64,000 nucleotides of DNA, from assembly GCA_002269645.1 (NCBI GenBank), contig NIVC01000232.1, forward strand, positions 381,684-445,683, given 5' to 3'. This document shows, piece after piece, positions 38,301-50,504 of the stretch. Source of the stretch: Macrostomum lignano (taxonomy: Eukaryota). The notes under the pieces are model-generated. The model was not told where the DNA came from. It did not search any database and saw nothing but the letters and a program-made list of their open reading frames with translations. Both the position numbers and the translations under genes were made by a program. Positions within the stretch are counted from its first letter, which is position 1. Each line of letters opens with the position of its first letter.

Positions 38301-38704
38301 GACAGAGTGACTCACTGACAAACCCAACACACTGACAGAGTGACTCACTGACAAACCCAACACACTGACAGAGTGACTCACTGACAAACCCAACACACTG
38401 ACAGAGTGACTCACTGACAAACCCAACACACTGACACAGTGACTCACTGACAAACCCAACACACTGACACAGTGACTCACTGACAAACCCAACACACTGA
38501 CAGAGTGACTCACTGACAAACCTAACACACTGACACAGTGACTCACTGACAAACCCAACACACTGACAGAGTGACTCACTGACAAACCCAACACACTGAC
38601 AGAGTGACTCACTGACAAACCCAACACACTGACAGAGTGACTCACTGACAAACCCAACACACTGACAGAGTGACTCACTGACAAACCCAACACACTGACT
38701 GAGT
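35375..38704. repeat. 33-bp minisatellite, duplicate in SLC35A copy 2 intron 2
   Basis: Same length, and identical ORF translations at offset 11076. Confidence 0.98.
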
Positions 38705-38780
38705 GGCTCAGTTGAAACGCAGACAATCAGATTGATACAGCTTAAACAATGATTTATAACAGATGAATTGAATTTCTTAC

Positions 38781-38994
38781 CTGACATCAGACACGCTACA
38801 ACCACAGCCAGCAATCCCAGCAAAGGATTCTGTTCCACGCCAACTTTATTATAATGTTTAACAGTCTGCAACTGCACAATGGCGACGCCAGCAAACAGGG
38901 CCACCAAGCTGACCCATTGTATTTTGCTCAACGCTTTACGGAGAATTATAACCGAAAAGAATGCCGTAGTGAGCAGTTTCAACTGGTAGGTGAC
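38781..38994 (-). CDS. SLC35A: SLC35A copy 2, exon 2
   Basis: Identical to copy 1 exon 2 at offset 11076. Confidence 0.9.
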
Positions 38995-40130
38995 CTGGGG
39001 TGTTGGTGAATTTGGTGAATGTGCAAGTAAACACGCTTTCTCCATCAAACAGCCCCTGTCTTTAAGTACCTTTTCCTTCAAACACTATCTGTCTTTAAGC
39101 GCCTTTTCCTTTAAACAGCCCCTGTCTTTAAGCGCATTTTCCTTTAAACAGCCCCTGTCTTTAAGCGCCTTTTCTTTCTAACAGCCGCTGTCTTTAAGCG
39201 CCTTTTCTTTCTAACAGCCCCTGTCTTATAGCGTTTTTCCATTCAAACAGCCCCTGTCTTTAAGTACCTTTTCCATTAAAACACTATCTGTCTTTAAGCG
39301 CGTTTTCCTTTAAACAGCCCCTGTCTTTAAGCGCCTTTTCCTTTAAACAGCCCCTGTCTTTAAGCGCCTTTTCTTTCTAACAGCCGCTGTCTTTAAGCGC
39401 CTTTTCTTTCTAACAGCCGCTGTCTTTGAGCGCCTTTTCCTTCAAACAGCCCCTGTCTTTAAGCGCCTTTTCCTTCAAACAGCCCCTGTCTTTGAGCGCC
39501 TTTTCCTTCAAACAGCCCTAGTCTTTAAGCGCTTCCTCCCTTCAAACAGCCCTAGTCTTTAAGCGCTTCCTCCCTTCAAACAGCCCTAGTCTTTAAGCGC
39601 TTCCTCCCTTCAAACAGCCCCAGTCTTTAAGCGCTTCTTCCCTTCAAACAGCCTCAGTCTTTAAGCGCTTCCTCCCGTCAAACAGCCCCAGTCTTTAAGC
39701 GCTTCCTTCCTTCAAACAGCCCCAGTCTTTAAGCGCTTCCTCCCTTAAAACAGCCCCAGTCTTTAAGCGCTTCCTCCCTTCAAATAGCCCCAGTCTTTAA
39801 GCGCTTCCTTCCTTCAAACAGCCCCAGTCTTTAAGCGCTTCCTCCCTTCAAACAGCCCCAGTCTTTAAGCGCTTCCTCCCTTAAAACAGCCCCAGTCTTT
39901 AAGCGCTTCCTCCCTTCAAATAGCCCCAGTCTTTAAGCGCTTCCTTCCTTCAAACAGCCCCAGTCTTTAAGCGCTTCCTTCCTTCAAACAGCCCCAGTCT
40001 TTAAGCGCTTCCTCCCTTCAAACAGCCCCAGTCTTTAAGCGCTTCCTTCCTTCAAACAGCCCCTGTCTTTAAGCGCTTCCTCCCTTAAAACAGCCCGTAT
40101 TTAAACGCCAAACTGCCAGACTAAGCTCAC

Positions 40131-40472
40131 CTGATAAGTAACAGCATCAAGGTTACTAATAGCAACATAGAGCAGATTATTTTGCAGCACATATATCACA
40201 GCTGGTACAGATATTTTCAAACAGTCAATAGGATCTCCATATGTATTTTTAATGAGAAAATCGCTGAATGATTTCATAGAGCCGCACTCCCAGGCCACCA
40301 AGCCGCAGGACACAAAGAATTTCACCACCTCAGAGCAGACAACAGCAGTAGATGAGAAGAACATATCCCCAGGTCTGGTGCGAATGTAGCGCATCACAAG
40401 AATCAATGACACATTTTGCAATGTTAAAATAATCAATGTTGAAACTTTTATTAATTGATTATTTCCAGCCAT
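40131..40472 (-). CDS. SLC35A: SLC35A copy 2, exon 1
   Basis: Identical to copy 1 exon 1 at offset 11076. Confidence 0.9.
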
Positions 40473-43400
40473 GGTAACCAATTGATCTGGCATGTGATAT
40501 GCAACTTTGTTGCTTATCTGTTTGTCATGCATAATAATATGAAATATAGATGAAAATTATGCACAGGCAAATTGAATAATTGAATTGATTGAATATTTTG
40601 TTATAATATTTAATTAGTATCAATTTTAATATTAGACCTTTGAAAATCTAATTAAAATTTATAAAAATTATCTAATTGCCAAAATTATAACTTCTTATAT
40701 AAAAGTTTATATTAGTTCTTTTTTAAATCTATCCTATCAAAAAACTGACGATGACAATCTTTTTATGGCTTTGACTTTTAATTTGGCCATACCAATATGA
40801 AAATGGTTCTAGGGAACATATTGTTACCATGAAATTTATACTTGTATCTATAGTTAACATGTTTTTCAAAGAGTCTATGTGTCTCTCTCAGAGGCCTAGT
40901 ATAGTATAGTTTTATAATGGACCCTCTGGATTAGCCTTGAATTGATTGGATTCTTAGCTAGTTAGCATTTTTAACTAACTTAGTTGCATCAATAACTAGG
41001 TGTAAGTCATCCATTGTTGCTATCTTTGGCAAATTATCTGGTTAGAATACTCAAAAGTAAATAGGTCTAACTTGAAATACAACTCTCTATGTTAATATAG
41101 TCTATAGCAATATTCATTTAGGGCTTCTTATAATAAAATTCATTAGATAGAAAGCAATTTATAACTTTAGGGGTTTAGGGCCATCTTTAGGTCATAGAAT
41201 ATATCTACTTAAGGGTTAGAAAGTCAAGGCCTTGAAAATGACTCTTGTAGTATATGGCCTACTATTAGCACCACCTAGGAGAAAGTTGAGGCAGTAACCA
41301 ATTTGCTTGATAAGGATTGCCAAATTCAAGTTGCCACAATTGCCTAACCTGTGGCCATCTTAGCTAGGTCAGTGAATAAGATCATATGCCAAATCCTAAA
41401 ATACAATAAGATTAGTGCCTGATAAGTATCCCAAATGCTTTCATAGGACCACAAGCAAAACTGGCTTAGCTCTTGCTGGCTTATGCTAGACTTTTGCAAC
41501 GAGAACCCAGATGGATTTAAGTGACAAATCATAACTGAAAATGAATACTGGATCTACTACTTTGATCCTAAGTTTAGGCAAGATTCCATAGACTGGCAGC
41601 ATTCTACCTAGGGAAGGGGCCCTACAAGTTCAAGCAAGCAAAAATTAGCTAGCAAGCTCTTAGCCTCTTAGCCTGTTTCTTTTGGGACTATCAAGGAATC
41701 CTACTTGCCAAGTACTTGCTTATTGGGCACATTGCCATAGGTATCTGGTATGCTGAATAGCTAGGCTAGCTTTATTATGCAGTTGTCCAGAAGAAACAGG
41801 GAAGGTAAATGCTGCCCCCTTTCCTCTATTGCTTCATAACAATACCTCAGTTCACACTGCCCATGGTTGCAATTAATGCTGCCACTACTGTGGGGTTTGA
41901 AATCCTTATCTATCTGGCTTATTCATTAGAGGTCAGACGGGATTGAAATCTTTGGGCGGGATTGAGATAGGGATTCAGGAATTGGGATCAGGTCTTTTAA
42001 TGTATTGTCCATATAAAGTTAAACAAAATTGAGAAAAGATTGTCAAGATCAAAAAGTAAAACACAACAAAATTGATATGAAGTTTTATAACCAACAAAAT
42101 AAATAATGTAACGAGTACAAGTTAAAGCAAAATACCTTCAAGCAATCACTAATACTAATTGTCTAATTCTATAAATTTTAATCAAAAGACCTTTTCTTGA
42201 ATCTTGAGTTTTTTAGGGTCAGGATTCTGGTCCCGCGGGAATTCAATTTTCCTTGGGATCCCAAGATTTTGGGATTGGGATCGGGATCCCATCGGACCTC
42301 TACTATTCACTAGACCTGGCACACCCAATTTCTATCTATTTTCCCATCAGCATAAGCAGCTACTCTGTAGGGCCTAGGCACTATTTTGAGTTTAACAAAG
42401 GGGTCATCAACCTTGCCAACTAGTGGCTAGAGGACCAACTAGCCAAGTTCTACACTAGTGATATCCGGGTACTGCTCAACCAATGGCACTATGGCAGAAA
42501 TGTATTGATTGCCAAGGCCAAGGGGACTATATTCAAAAATAATGCAACATTATTTTGATATTTCTACTCTGTCTATAAAATGACAAAACTTTTTAACCCT
42601 CTTGTAGATGCTAAAGTTTTTGTAGAATAAAAGAAATTTTCTAATTACAAATTAAAAAAGAACACAATATTTCAAAACACATTGCATCATAAAATAAAAA
42701 ACAAACTTTTAAATTTTTTTTTAAAATTTCATTATCTTTGTAAAGAAGGTATAATATACATTTTATTTAATTAAATGATGATATAATAAATGATAATATT
42801 AAATATTTCCCCTAAGGGGGACACCAATGGGGGACACCTAAGGGGAATTTCTTAAGTGTCAAGGAAAATAGAATTCAAAAAAAATAATTTTTTGTCTCTT
42901 GCCTATTTATTGGGCGCTCCTAAGAGGGGGCACTAGTTAATGAAGACAAAGTCTTTTCGCCCCAGTGAGCTTTGGGGTTGGAATTTTATAATACCTAGTG
43001 TTGTATCGATTATTTAAAGACTTTCAAGGCATTATTAACGCTGATGCTCCTAATATTTTGCGTCGTGTCATACATAAAGTTAGCCTAATAGATAAAGTAG
43101 GGCGAGAGTTGTAAAATGTCTCTAACGTCAAATGATTTATAGGAAGGGAATTAGGGATGTCGATTCCCCAGGGAATTATCTTATCGGGGACCCCGGTGAA
43201 AAGAAAAAATAAGTAAAAACGGCGGATCACTTAAATTGTAAGTGGAATTTTTTAAACTTTGATTTAAGCTTTGTACTACATGTTCAAGGCGCAGGGGTAA
43301 AAATTTTAAACAATGTTTTTTAAACTGTATTTGACAATGTGGCATCACGAAATCGTGCGCGCACCTTTATCGGAAAAGTGCATTTGTTGGAATGCATGCT

Positions 43401-46110
43401 AAACAGCTACGCTCGTGAGAGGATAATTAATGAATGAGACTGTTTTTATAATCGGAATTTTATTTCTTGCATATATATGTAAATCACCATTTTGTCCTTG
43501 TCTAATAGGGAGTATATGTATGACACCCCCCTATGCGTCAGTGCCTGACGCATGACGCAGCGCTGCGCCTGCGTCAAGCCGTCAACGCAGACCAACACAG
43601 CAGTCACTAGTCAGTAAGGCTTCTTTTTCCTGACGGGTTTCTTTTCTACGTGCAATTTGCTTGATTGAATGACTTATTAGTGAAAAAACAATCAAACGTG
43701 TGTTGTGTTTCAAATACATGTAATGCATTGAAATAAGCAATTATGCGGTAAAAGAGCATAGACAGAGTTTCAATCAGCTTTCTGTGAATCAGTTTCTTAT
43801 TTTAATGGCAAAAATTAAGTTACAAATGCATTTTTTCATATTTTTTCTCCCCAGGGTCCCCGGTTAAATTCCCCGGAGAGTATTCCCCGACAAGCTCCCC
43901 GGGGAGCACTCCCGGGGTCAACATCCCTAGAAGGGAAACTACGAGCATAAGTTCTGCAACACATATACAAGTAGCTAAGCATTAATAGACGCACTGCACC
44001 GATAAAATGTAATGGAATTGCTCGAATCACCGACACCAAGACCCATAAAACTGGAGAAACTGGCAGGATATAGTAGATACATGTAGGTCAGAATCAGAAG
44101 TGATCATGGGTGGGTGGGTCAAGTGATCATGGGTTCGACCTCGATTGTATTATTCCTTCTTAATCTTATGCAATTAATTGTAAATTAGGTATGAAGTAAC
44201 AGTAATTATCCTTGACCATGCTAGAGTAAAGACAAGTCAAAGTCAAGTTAATAAAAATAGACACACAGTGTAACAATAACAATGGTTTTTAGAGCCATTT
44301 TTCTTGTCTGTGTTTGTCTTTGTACATACATGTACATTTGGGAAGACTTATCTGGACCCAATCCCTTCTTATTCTACATGTACGCTGTTTTGGGTATGGG
44401 GGTTAGAGTTGGGCCGTCTGACACCCCCCTCCCCCCCCCTACCATAGTGGACTGGAGAGAAAGAAGCACATGCTATCGCTATTGGCTAGCCTGTCGTTCT
44501 CTTTCTCTTTACCTTCTGTCTTGTGTAGCGTACACTATCCAATGCACAAGGCCCAACTTTCCACTAAAGGAAGGTTCATATAGTCCGCCCATGGGCTTCC
44601 TCTTGCTTTCGCGTACACTCAAGGCCACTCACTCTCAACACCAGCCACTAGAGGCTTGTTTTAAATAATCGATCGATAATATTAAATGTACACTTGAAAG
44701 CTTGCTTTGGATCCTAGCAGAAGGGGGAGAAAGTGGCCAAGGCCACCACACCCCACAAGGCAGGCAGGCCGGCCCGAGTGCGATAACGAATGACAAAAAA
44801 ATAGAAAAGTACAATTTACACATCAACTTTCAATACAATAAATACAATAATAGGTACGGTATTAATGACAGTGTATTTTCGCACAAAGTAGCTACGTTCA
44901 AACCACCAGCACGTAAACAGCTAAAATTTCACTGTTTATGAAATTTTATAAAATTTAACACATCATTTTAGATATTGAAAACTTTTAAAGGAGGGTATTA
45001 CTGTTGCATGTGACTATAAAATCGTGGTAGGTATAGCTGATGATGAAACTGGTGATTGGTATCTAGCTTTTTTGATAACTTAGCCGGTTAGACCCCGAAA
45101 TAGCTATTGTAATTTGTAACGCTGGAGCCAAATACAAATACAATGGAGCAATTAGTTTCTCTCAAATCTGTCTCTGCCAGTGCCAGTTTAGTCCATAGTA
45201 AGTAACCAAAGTAAAATACCCATTAGTGGTCCCGTTTCTAATGTTTATAAATATTAAGCTTCAGTTTACTTTTGGCACAGTATGCAATTTTGAAAATTCA
45301 CCCTAATAACGGTTTGCACCAGCAGGAAAGCAACTATTTTGTTGTTGGAAATCGGATTAAGCAGTCAAAAGAGTGTATTTCTATGAAAAAAGGTACTTTT
45401 TTCCATTTTTTCAAATATTTAAACAGGTTTCGCTCTTTCAATAAAAAATCATCGCAGTACCTTAAAGTACAGTTAGTTTGGAATTAGATGACGGCGTTGA
45501 ATTGTTTCTTCCATATTCCAAAAATTATAATGAGCACTTTTCCTCAAATCAGTTTGAGATCATGATTTTTAGTCTTTCGTCGATAACTTTCTGATTTCAA
45601 ATGTTTAAGAATTGAAAACTTCCACACTTGTGTATCTTTGAATTGCGCATCAATTGGTGCATAGTATGTATGCTTAACTATTAGCAGTATAGAAAAAAAT
45701 GCAAAAAACTGTAAAAGTACATTTTCAATTTTTGCATTTTTTGCAACCAAAGTGCCAACTTTTTGATACAATTGAAAAAAACAACCCAATAATGTTATGC
45801 ATCTTAGTAAGGCGCACCTATAACCCTCGAACATTTTTAGCTCGAGTTTTAATGTGCATGAGGAAATGCACTTTTGTAAAGACATAATCTTAAGACAAAC
45901 ATTTCAACTGAAGCCTGTTCCTTTTCTCCGCAGTGAATCCATACAAAACTATACTCGTTAAATAGATCAGATTCTTCTCTTTAAAATGACACCTCACTTG
46001 TGAAATTCGCACTTGTAGTTTTGAAGTTACAGCAGTTTTTGTGAGATTTTTCTTGTCATTTTTTCGATGCACACGTCTCATATTATTATATTCGTCACAA
46101 GCCAGACCAC

Positions 46111-46237
46111 CCAATGCGCTTCGCGCATTGGCTGGCTGTTTGTTCCTCATGCTCGGCACTTTGTGCCTCGCGCGTTCGCTCCGCTCACCCCACAAACCCA
46201 AGGACACGCGCTTCGCGCGTGTCCTTGGGTTTGTGGG
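46111..46237. other. Two perfect hairpins with the same GCGC-TTC-GCGC apex (9-bp stem at 46111-46131, 23-bp stem at 46189-46237)
   Basis: ccaatgcgc-ttc-gcgcattgg and cccacaaacccaaggacacgcgc-ttc-gcgcgtgtccttgggtttgtggg, checked base by base. Confidence 0.9.
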
Positions 46238-48706
46238 TTTCGCGGAGCTCACTGGGAACTAGATGGCTAGTAATGTCTATAAAACTAGCTAGTAAAACTG
46301 AAAGTTAAAAGTAAAGCAGTCTACCTATATGAGTTATTTCACAGAAATATTAAAACGGCTTATATAAACATACCACAATGCAATGTAAAATTCTTTCAAC
46401 ATTCTAAGCACAAACATTTGAAAATCCGCGTTGCGTCGTATTGTGACGCTTTACACAGTACAACAAAATTTAAAAAATAAAAAAGCTCAACAAATAAAAA
46501 ACAAGATACTTGATACGTTTCTAAATAAATAAAAACTTTCAAATATTTATTGATTTACTTTCTACTTTTTATCGTAGATTAACTGTCCGCGGTAATTCGA
46601 TTCTGGAATTCAATAAATTGATTTTTCTACGAAAATTCTAATTCATAATTTAAGAGTTCGGAGTTTATTGACTATTTTATGTCTTATGTTAGGTAACCTC
46701 AACATGTAAGACTGGTAATAAACATATCATAAACTGTTAAGGATCTCTTTCTCATTTTTATACCATTGTTTATCGCATTGTATTATTAGACTATGTATAT
46801 TGTTCATTGAATGGGGCGTTTCGATGAGCTTTGGAATAATCGACGATGTAAGTGTTGACAGAAAGATTATAAATTAATAAAATTTTACTAAAATGAACTG
46901 TCTATATGCTTTCGAATTCGTAAATATTTAACTGTACATGTTCTGTTTTCTTTAGTGTCAATTTAGTAATTTCCCATGATAGCTATTGTCGTATTGAGGT
47001 GACGAATTTATTTCTATGAAAGTGTATGACTATTTATATATAAGTATGGCGTTTACTGGTAATTGCAATGCGTATTACAATTACTTCATTGACGGTAGTC
47101 AGTTTGGTGGCAGTTACTTTGGTGACGTCTGTTTCAGTGACAGGTTACTTTGGTGCTAAAAATGTGTATGGAGCATTCAGTGTCCATTGTTTTATATTGC
47201 CAAAACTTTGGCATTGCACAAATTGAATGCATATTGCAAGTAAATCTAGTATATTAAGTGTGGTAAAAAAGATAAATAAGCAGTGTTCACATTAATAAAT
47301 ATATATATATCATTTGAATATAATAATGTATTTAATATATATAATACATTTATACAATAAATTTTTCCTATAGGAAATTTTTAGGCATAGAAAATATACT
47401 AAATATGGTAAAATCAAAAGCATACAATAAAATTCTATGAAAGGGGTCTTAAAAATTACCTGTCAGGTCAAATATTAACTGTCAGGTCTAAGTAGGTCTT
47501 TAGTAATGATGTGACATTATCAGTTTAAGTAGCCCTACCAAGGGCCATTTTGATATACAGTACCAATCTATAATATTATTGGTTTTGTTCTCTCACGTCT
47601 GCTTAAAGTAGTGCCCAAAGAATTTTAATCAGCTACATACATTTGTAAAGCCTGCATACAGTGCGCGATCAATAATTTCTATTTTCTGTTTTTCCCAGCA
47701 GGCCAATAGGATAGCCGCCCATTAATTATACTAAGTTCTCCCCAGCCCGCTCTTTATCAGTCCTGTCTGGCCATGTGCTCAGGGTTAACCAGGTTTTGCG
47801 TCTCCACCTATAGATCCTTGCTGCCCCAGCACTCTTGTTTGTTTTCCTTCTCTTCCTGCCTCACTCCGCCACGGTTCTAGACCATGCCTTTGCCACTCTG
47901 TCATGCTACTCCTACTGTCTATTTGAGCTCTCACTACGAGCACCGCCACCATATGTTCACTGCCATCACCTTGTTGCCACTGCCTCAACTCATTGACCCA
48001 CTCTGCCTTCTACTATCTAACTCATTGTTGTGTATCCGCCAGAGCATTGTTATGAACCTAACTAGTACTTTGACCTGTCTCTGTTGACAAAAACAATATT
48101 ATAATAAACAAAGTCTGCGGCCATTGATTGCATTAGCCACCATTATTGCCAAGTGCTACTGCTACCAAATTGCCTCTGCCATATTTATTTGCCTTTGCCG
48201 ATTATTCTTGAGGCCCCCACATTATATGTCACATTGACATGGCTAATTAGTGATTATATACTAGGCTAGGGCTTTTTGTAGAAGGTAATAGTACACAAAT
48301 ACTATATATTAATAAGCATAAATAATAATAACAATAAACATAACAAAGTAAAGTGTATTTCAGAAATAAAACTGAAGCAATCTTGAAGCGTTGTTTATTT
48401 ATTATCTTTAAGTCAAGAAAACAAAATAAAACTTATAAATTATAGTTAAGATACTTAATGCTCTATTATATATTGGCACCAAAATAGATGTTGTTGAAAT
48501 AACTATCACCAAGCTGACTGTCATTAAAATAATTAGTTCCTACAATTGCTACTGATTTTTGAAAATTAGAATTTTAATTCAGACCCTAAAACCCTTTTTG
48601 GTAGATTTAAAGACTTTAAATGACAATAATGTTCACTATGCAAAATTTTGATACATTAAGTATATAAAAAATTACTCATTCATCCTTTCCCTGTGTTAAA
48701 TTTTAG

Positions 48707-48850
48707 CAATACCGTGCAAATCCTGTGGGCATCCCAGGCCACAGAGCTGGAATTCAAGTTCAGCCCAGGCTGTTACAGCAGCAGCAGCAGCATCATGATT
48801 TTGTCCGAGCTGACAGCAATCCATCAAGTCAGGGTTCTCTTATTCGACAG
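48707..48850 (+). CDS. CACNB: Voltage-gated Ca2+ channel beta subunit, N-terminal exon (upstream start exon not located)
   Basis: ttttag acceptor; QYRANPVGIPGHRAG...HHDFVRADSNPSSQGSLIRQ|gttggc, joining in phase 0 to GSVESNYSD, like the vertebrate ...FVRQ|GSAESYTS junction. Confidence 0.65.
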
Positions 48851-48987
48851 GTTGGCATTTTGAGTTTATTCAATTTCCTAATGCTTTTACACGATTGTGC
48901 TCCTTTAAACTATTAAAGAGCAAACAAGTTCTATGAATGACAAAAGGTATCCACCGGCTTAGGAAATAGAAGTAAAAGAGTTTCACA

Positions 48988-49990
48988 AAGAGACAGGGGC
49001 GCCCATCAAGTGACAGGGGCGCCCATCAAGAGACAGGGGCGCCCACCAACAGACCTGGGGGCGCCCACAAAGAGACAGGGGCGCCCACAAAGAGACAGGG
49101 GTGCCCATCAAGAGACAGGGGCGCCCACCAAGAGACAGGGGCGCCCATCAAGAGACAGGGGCGCCCACAAAGAGACAGGGCGCCCATCAAGAGACAGAGG
49201 TGCCCACCAAGAGACAGAGGTGCCCACCAAGAGACAGAGGTGCCCACCAAGAGACAGAGGTGCCCACCAAGAGACAGAGGTGCCCATCAAGAGACAGGGG
49301 CGCCCACCAAGAGACAGGGGCGCCCACAAAGAGACGGGCGCCCATCAAGAGACAGGGGCGCCCACCAAGAGACAGGGGCGCCCACAAAGAGACAGGGGCG
49401 CCCACCAAGAGACAGGGGCGCCCACAAAGAGACAGGGGCGCCCACCAAGAGACAGGGGCGCCCACCAAGAGACAGGGGCGCCCACAAAGAGACAGGGGCG
49501 CCCACCAAGAGACAGGGGCGCCCACAAAGAGACAGGGGCGCCCACCAAGAGACAGGGGCGCCCACAAAGAGACAGGGGCGCCCACCAAGAGACAGAGGTG
49601 CCCATCAAGAGACAGGGGCGCCCACCAAGAGACAGGGGCGCCCACAAAGAGACGGGCGCCCATCAAGAGACAGGGGCGCCCACTAAGAGACAGGGGCGCC
49701 CACTAAGAGACAGGGGCGCCCACCAAGAGACAGGGGCGCCCACCAAGAGACAGGGGCGCCCACAAAGAGACAGGGGCGCCCACCAAGAGACAGGGGCGCC
49801 CACCAAGAGACAGGGGCGCCCACAAAGAGACAGGGGCGCCCACCAAGAGACAGGGGCGCCCACAAAGAGACAGGGGCGCCCACCAAGAGACAGGGGCGCC
49901 CACAAAGAGACAGGGGCGCCCACCAAGAGACAGAGGTGCCCATCAAGTGAACGGGGGCGCCTATTAAGAGACAGGGGCGCCCATCAAGAG
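48988..49990. repeat. 20-bp minisatellite (aagagacaggggcgcccacc), CACNB intron
   Basis: About 50 units. Confidence 0.96.
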
Positions 49991-50504
49991 ACACTCGTCT
50001 ACTGATTCCCGTCTACTCCACTGGCACAAGTTCTTATGATATTTAGTGACAGCTTTTCTCTCACGGATGCACTGGGAATGCGGGACACATTCTTAGGGTT
50101 AGAATTAGAAAAGTGCATAATCTGCGCCATAGCAGTAAATATATATTATATATTGTATATTGATAGAAAACTGGTTACTTTTTTAACGAGCGGCAGGTCA
50201 CCTGACAGATGCGCACACTGGGAGAGGCGTAGGAACTCCTGACCGCCTTATTTTAGCCTTCACCTCCCGTTTCCTTTGGGCATCTCGTCGCCTTTAATGG
50301 CTCATTGCTTGTACGCAGCTGTTTCTTGAAAACCATTAGTAGCTAGCTAAAGCCCCCCCCCCCACCCAACCAAGGCAAGGACTGATTGACACTCGGATGG
50401 GTTGGGAACGATTCTAACAACTTCTGTTTACTGGCTCTTATACTGTTTGACCTTTTTGTATGCGTAGCTTTTTGCTGCTTACAACAGCAGCGTTGATGCA
50501 TTGC

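Larger units (their letters stand above)
22788..44940. repeat. Head-to-tail tandem duplication: unit 1 22788-33863 (11,076 bp), unit 2 33864-44940 (11,077 bp)
   Basis: Constant ORF offsets of 11076/11077; junction tttatg|a|ccaacaaagg with 1-bp microhomology. The only differences I found are three single-base indels (near 23108, 23481 and 31884 in unit 1). Confidence 0.97.

Noticed and set aside
44980-45900. Possible TTAA-type (Kolobok/piggyBac) MITE in AT-rich intergenic DNA
   Set aside because: Could not pair terminal inverted repeats or identify a TSD.
47884-48087. Short ORF as a possible CACNB first exon
   Set aside because: No phase-0 donor or recognisable similarity that I could support.
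49010-50005. Basic repetitive ORF resembling an adhesive or structural protein (ETGAPTKRQGRP...)
   Set aside because: A 20-bp unit cycles through all frames, and the ORF lies within a CACNB intron with no independent gene signals.
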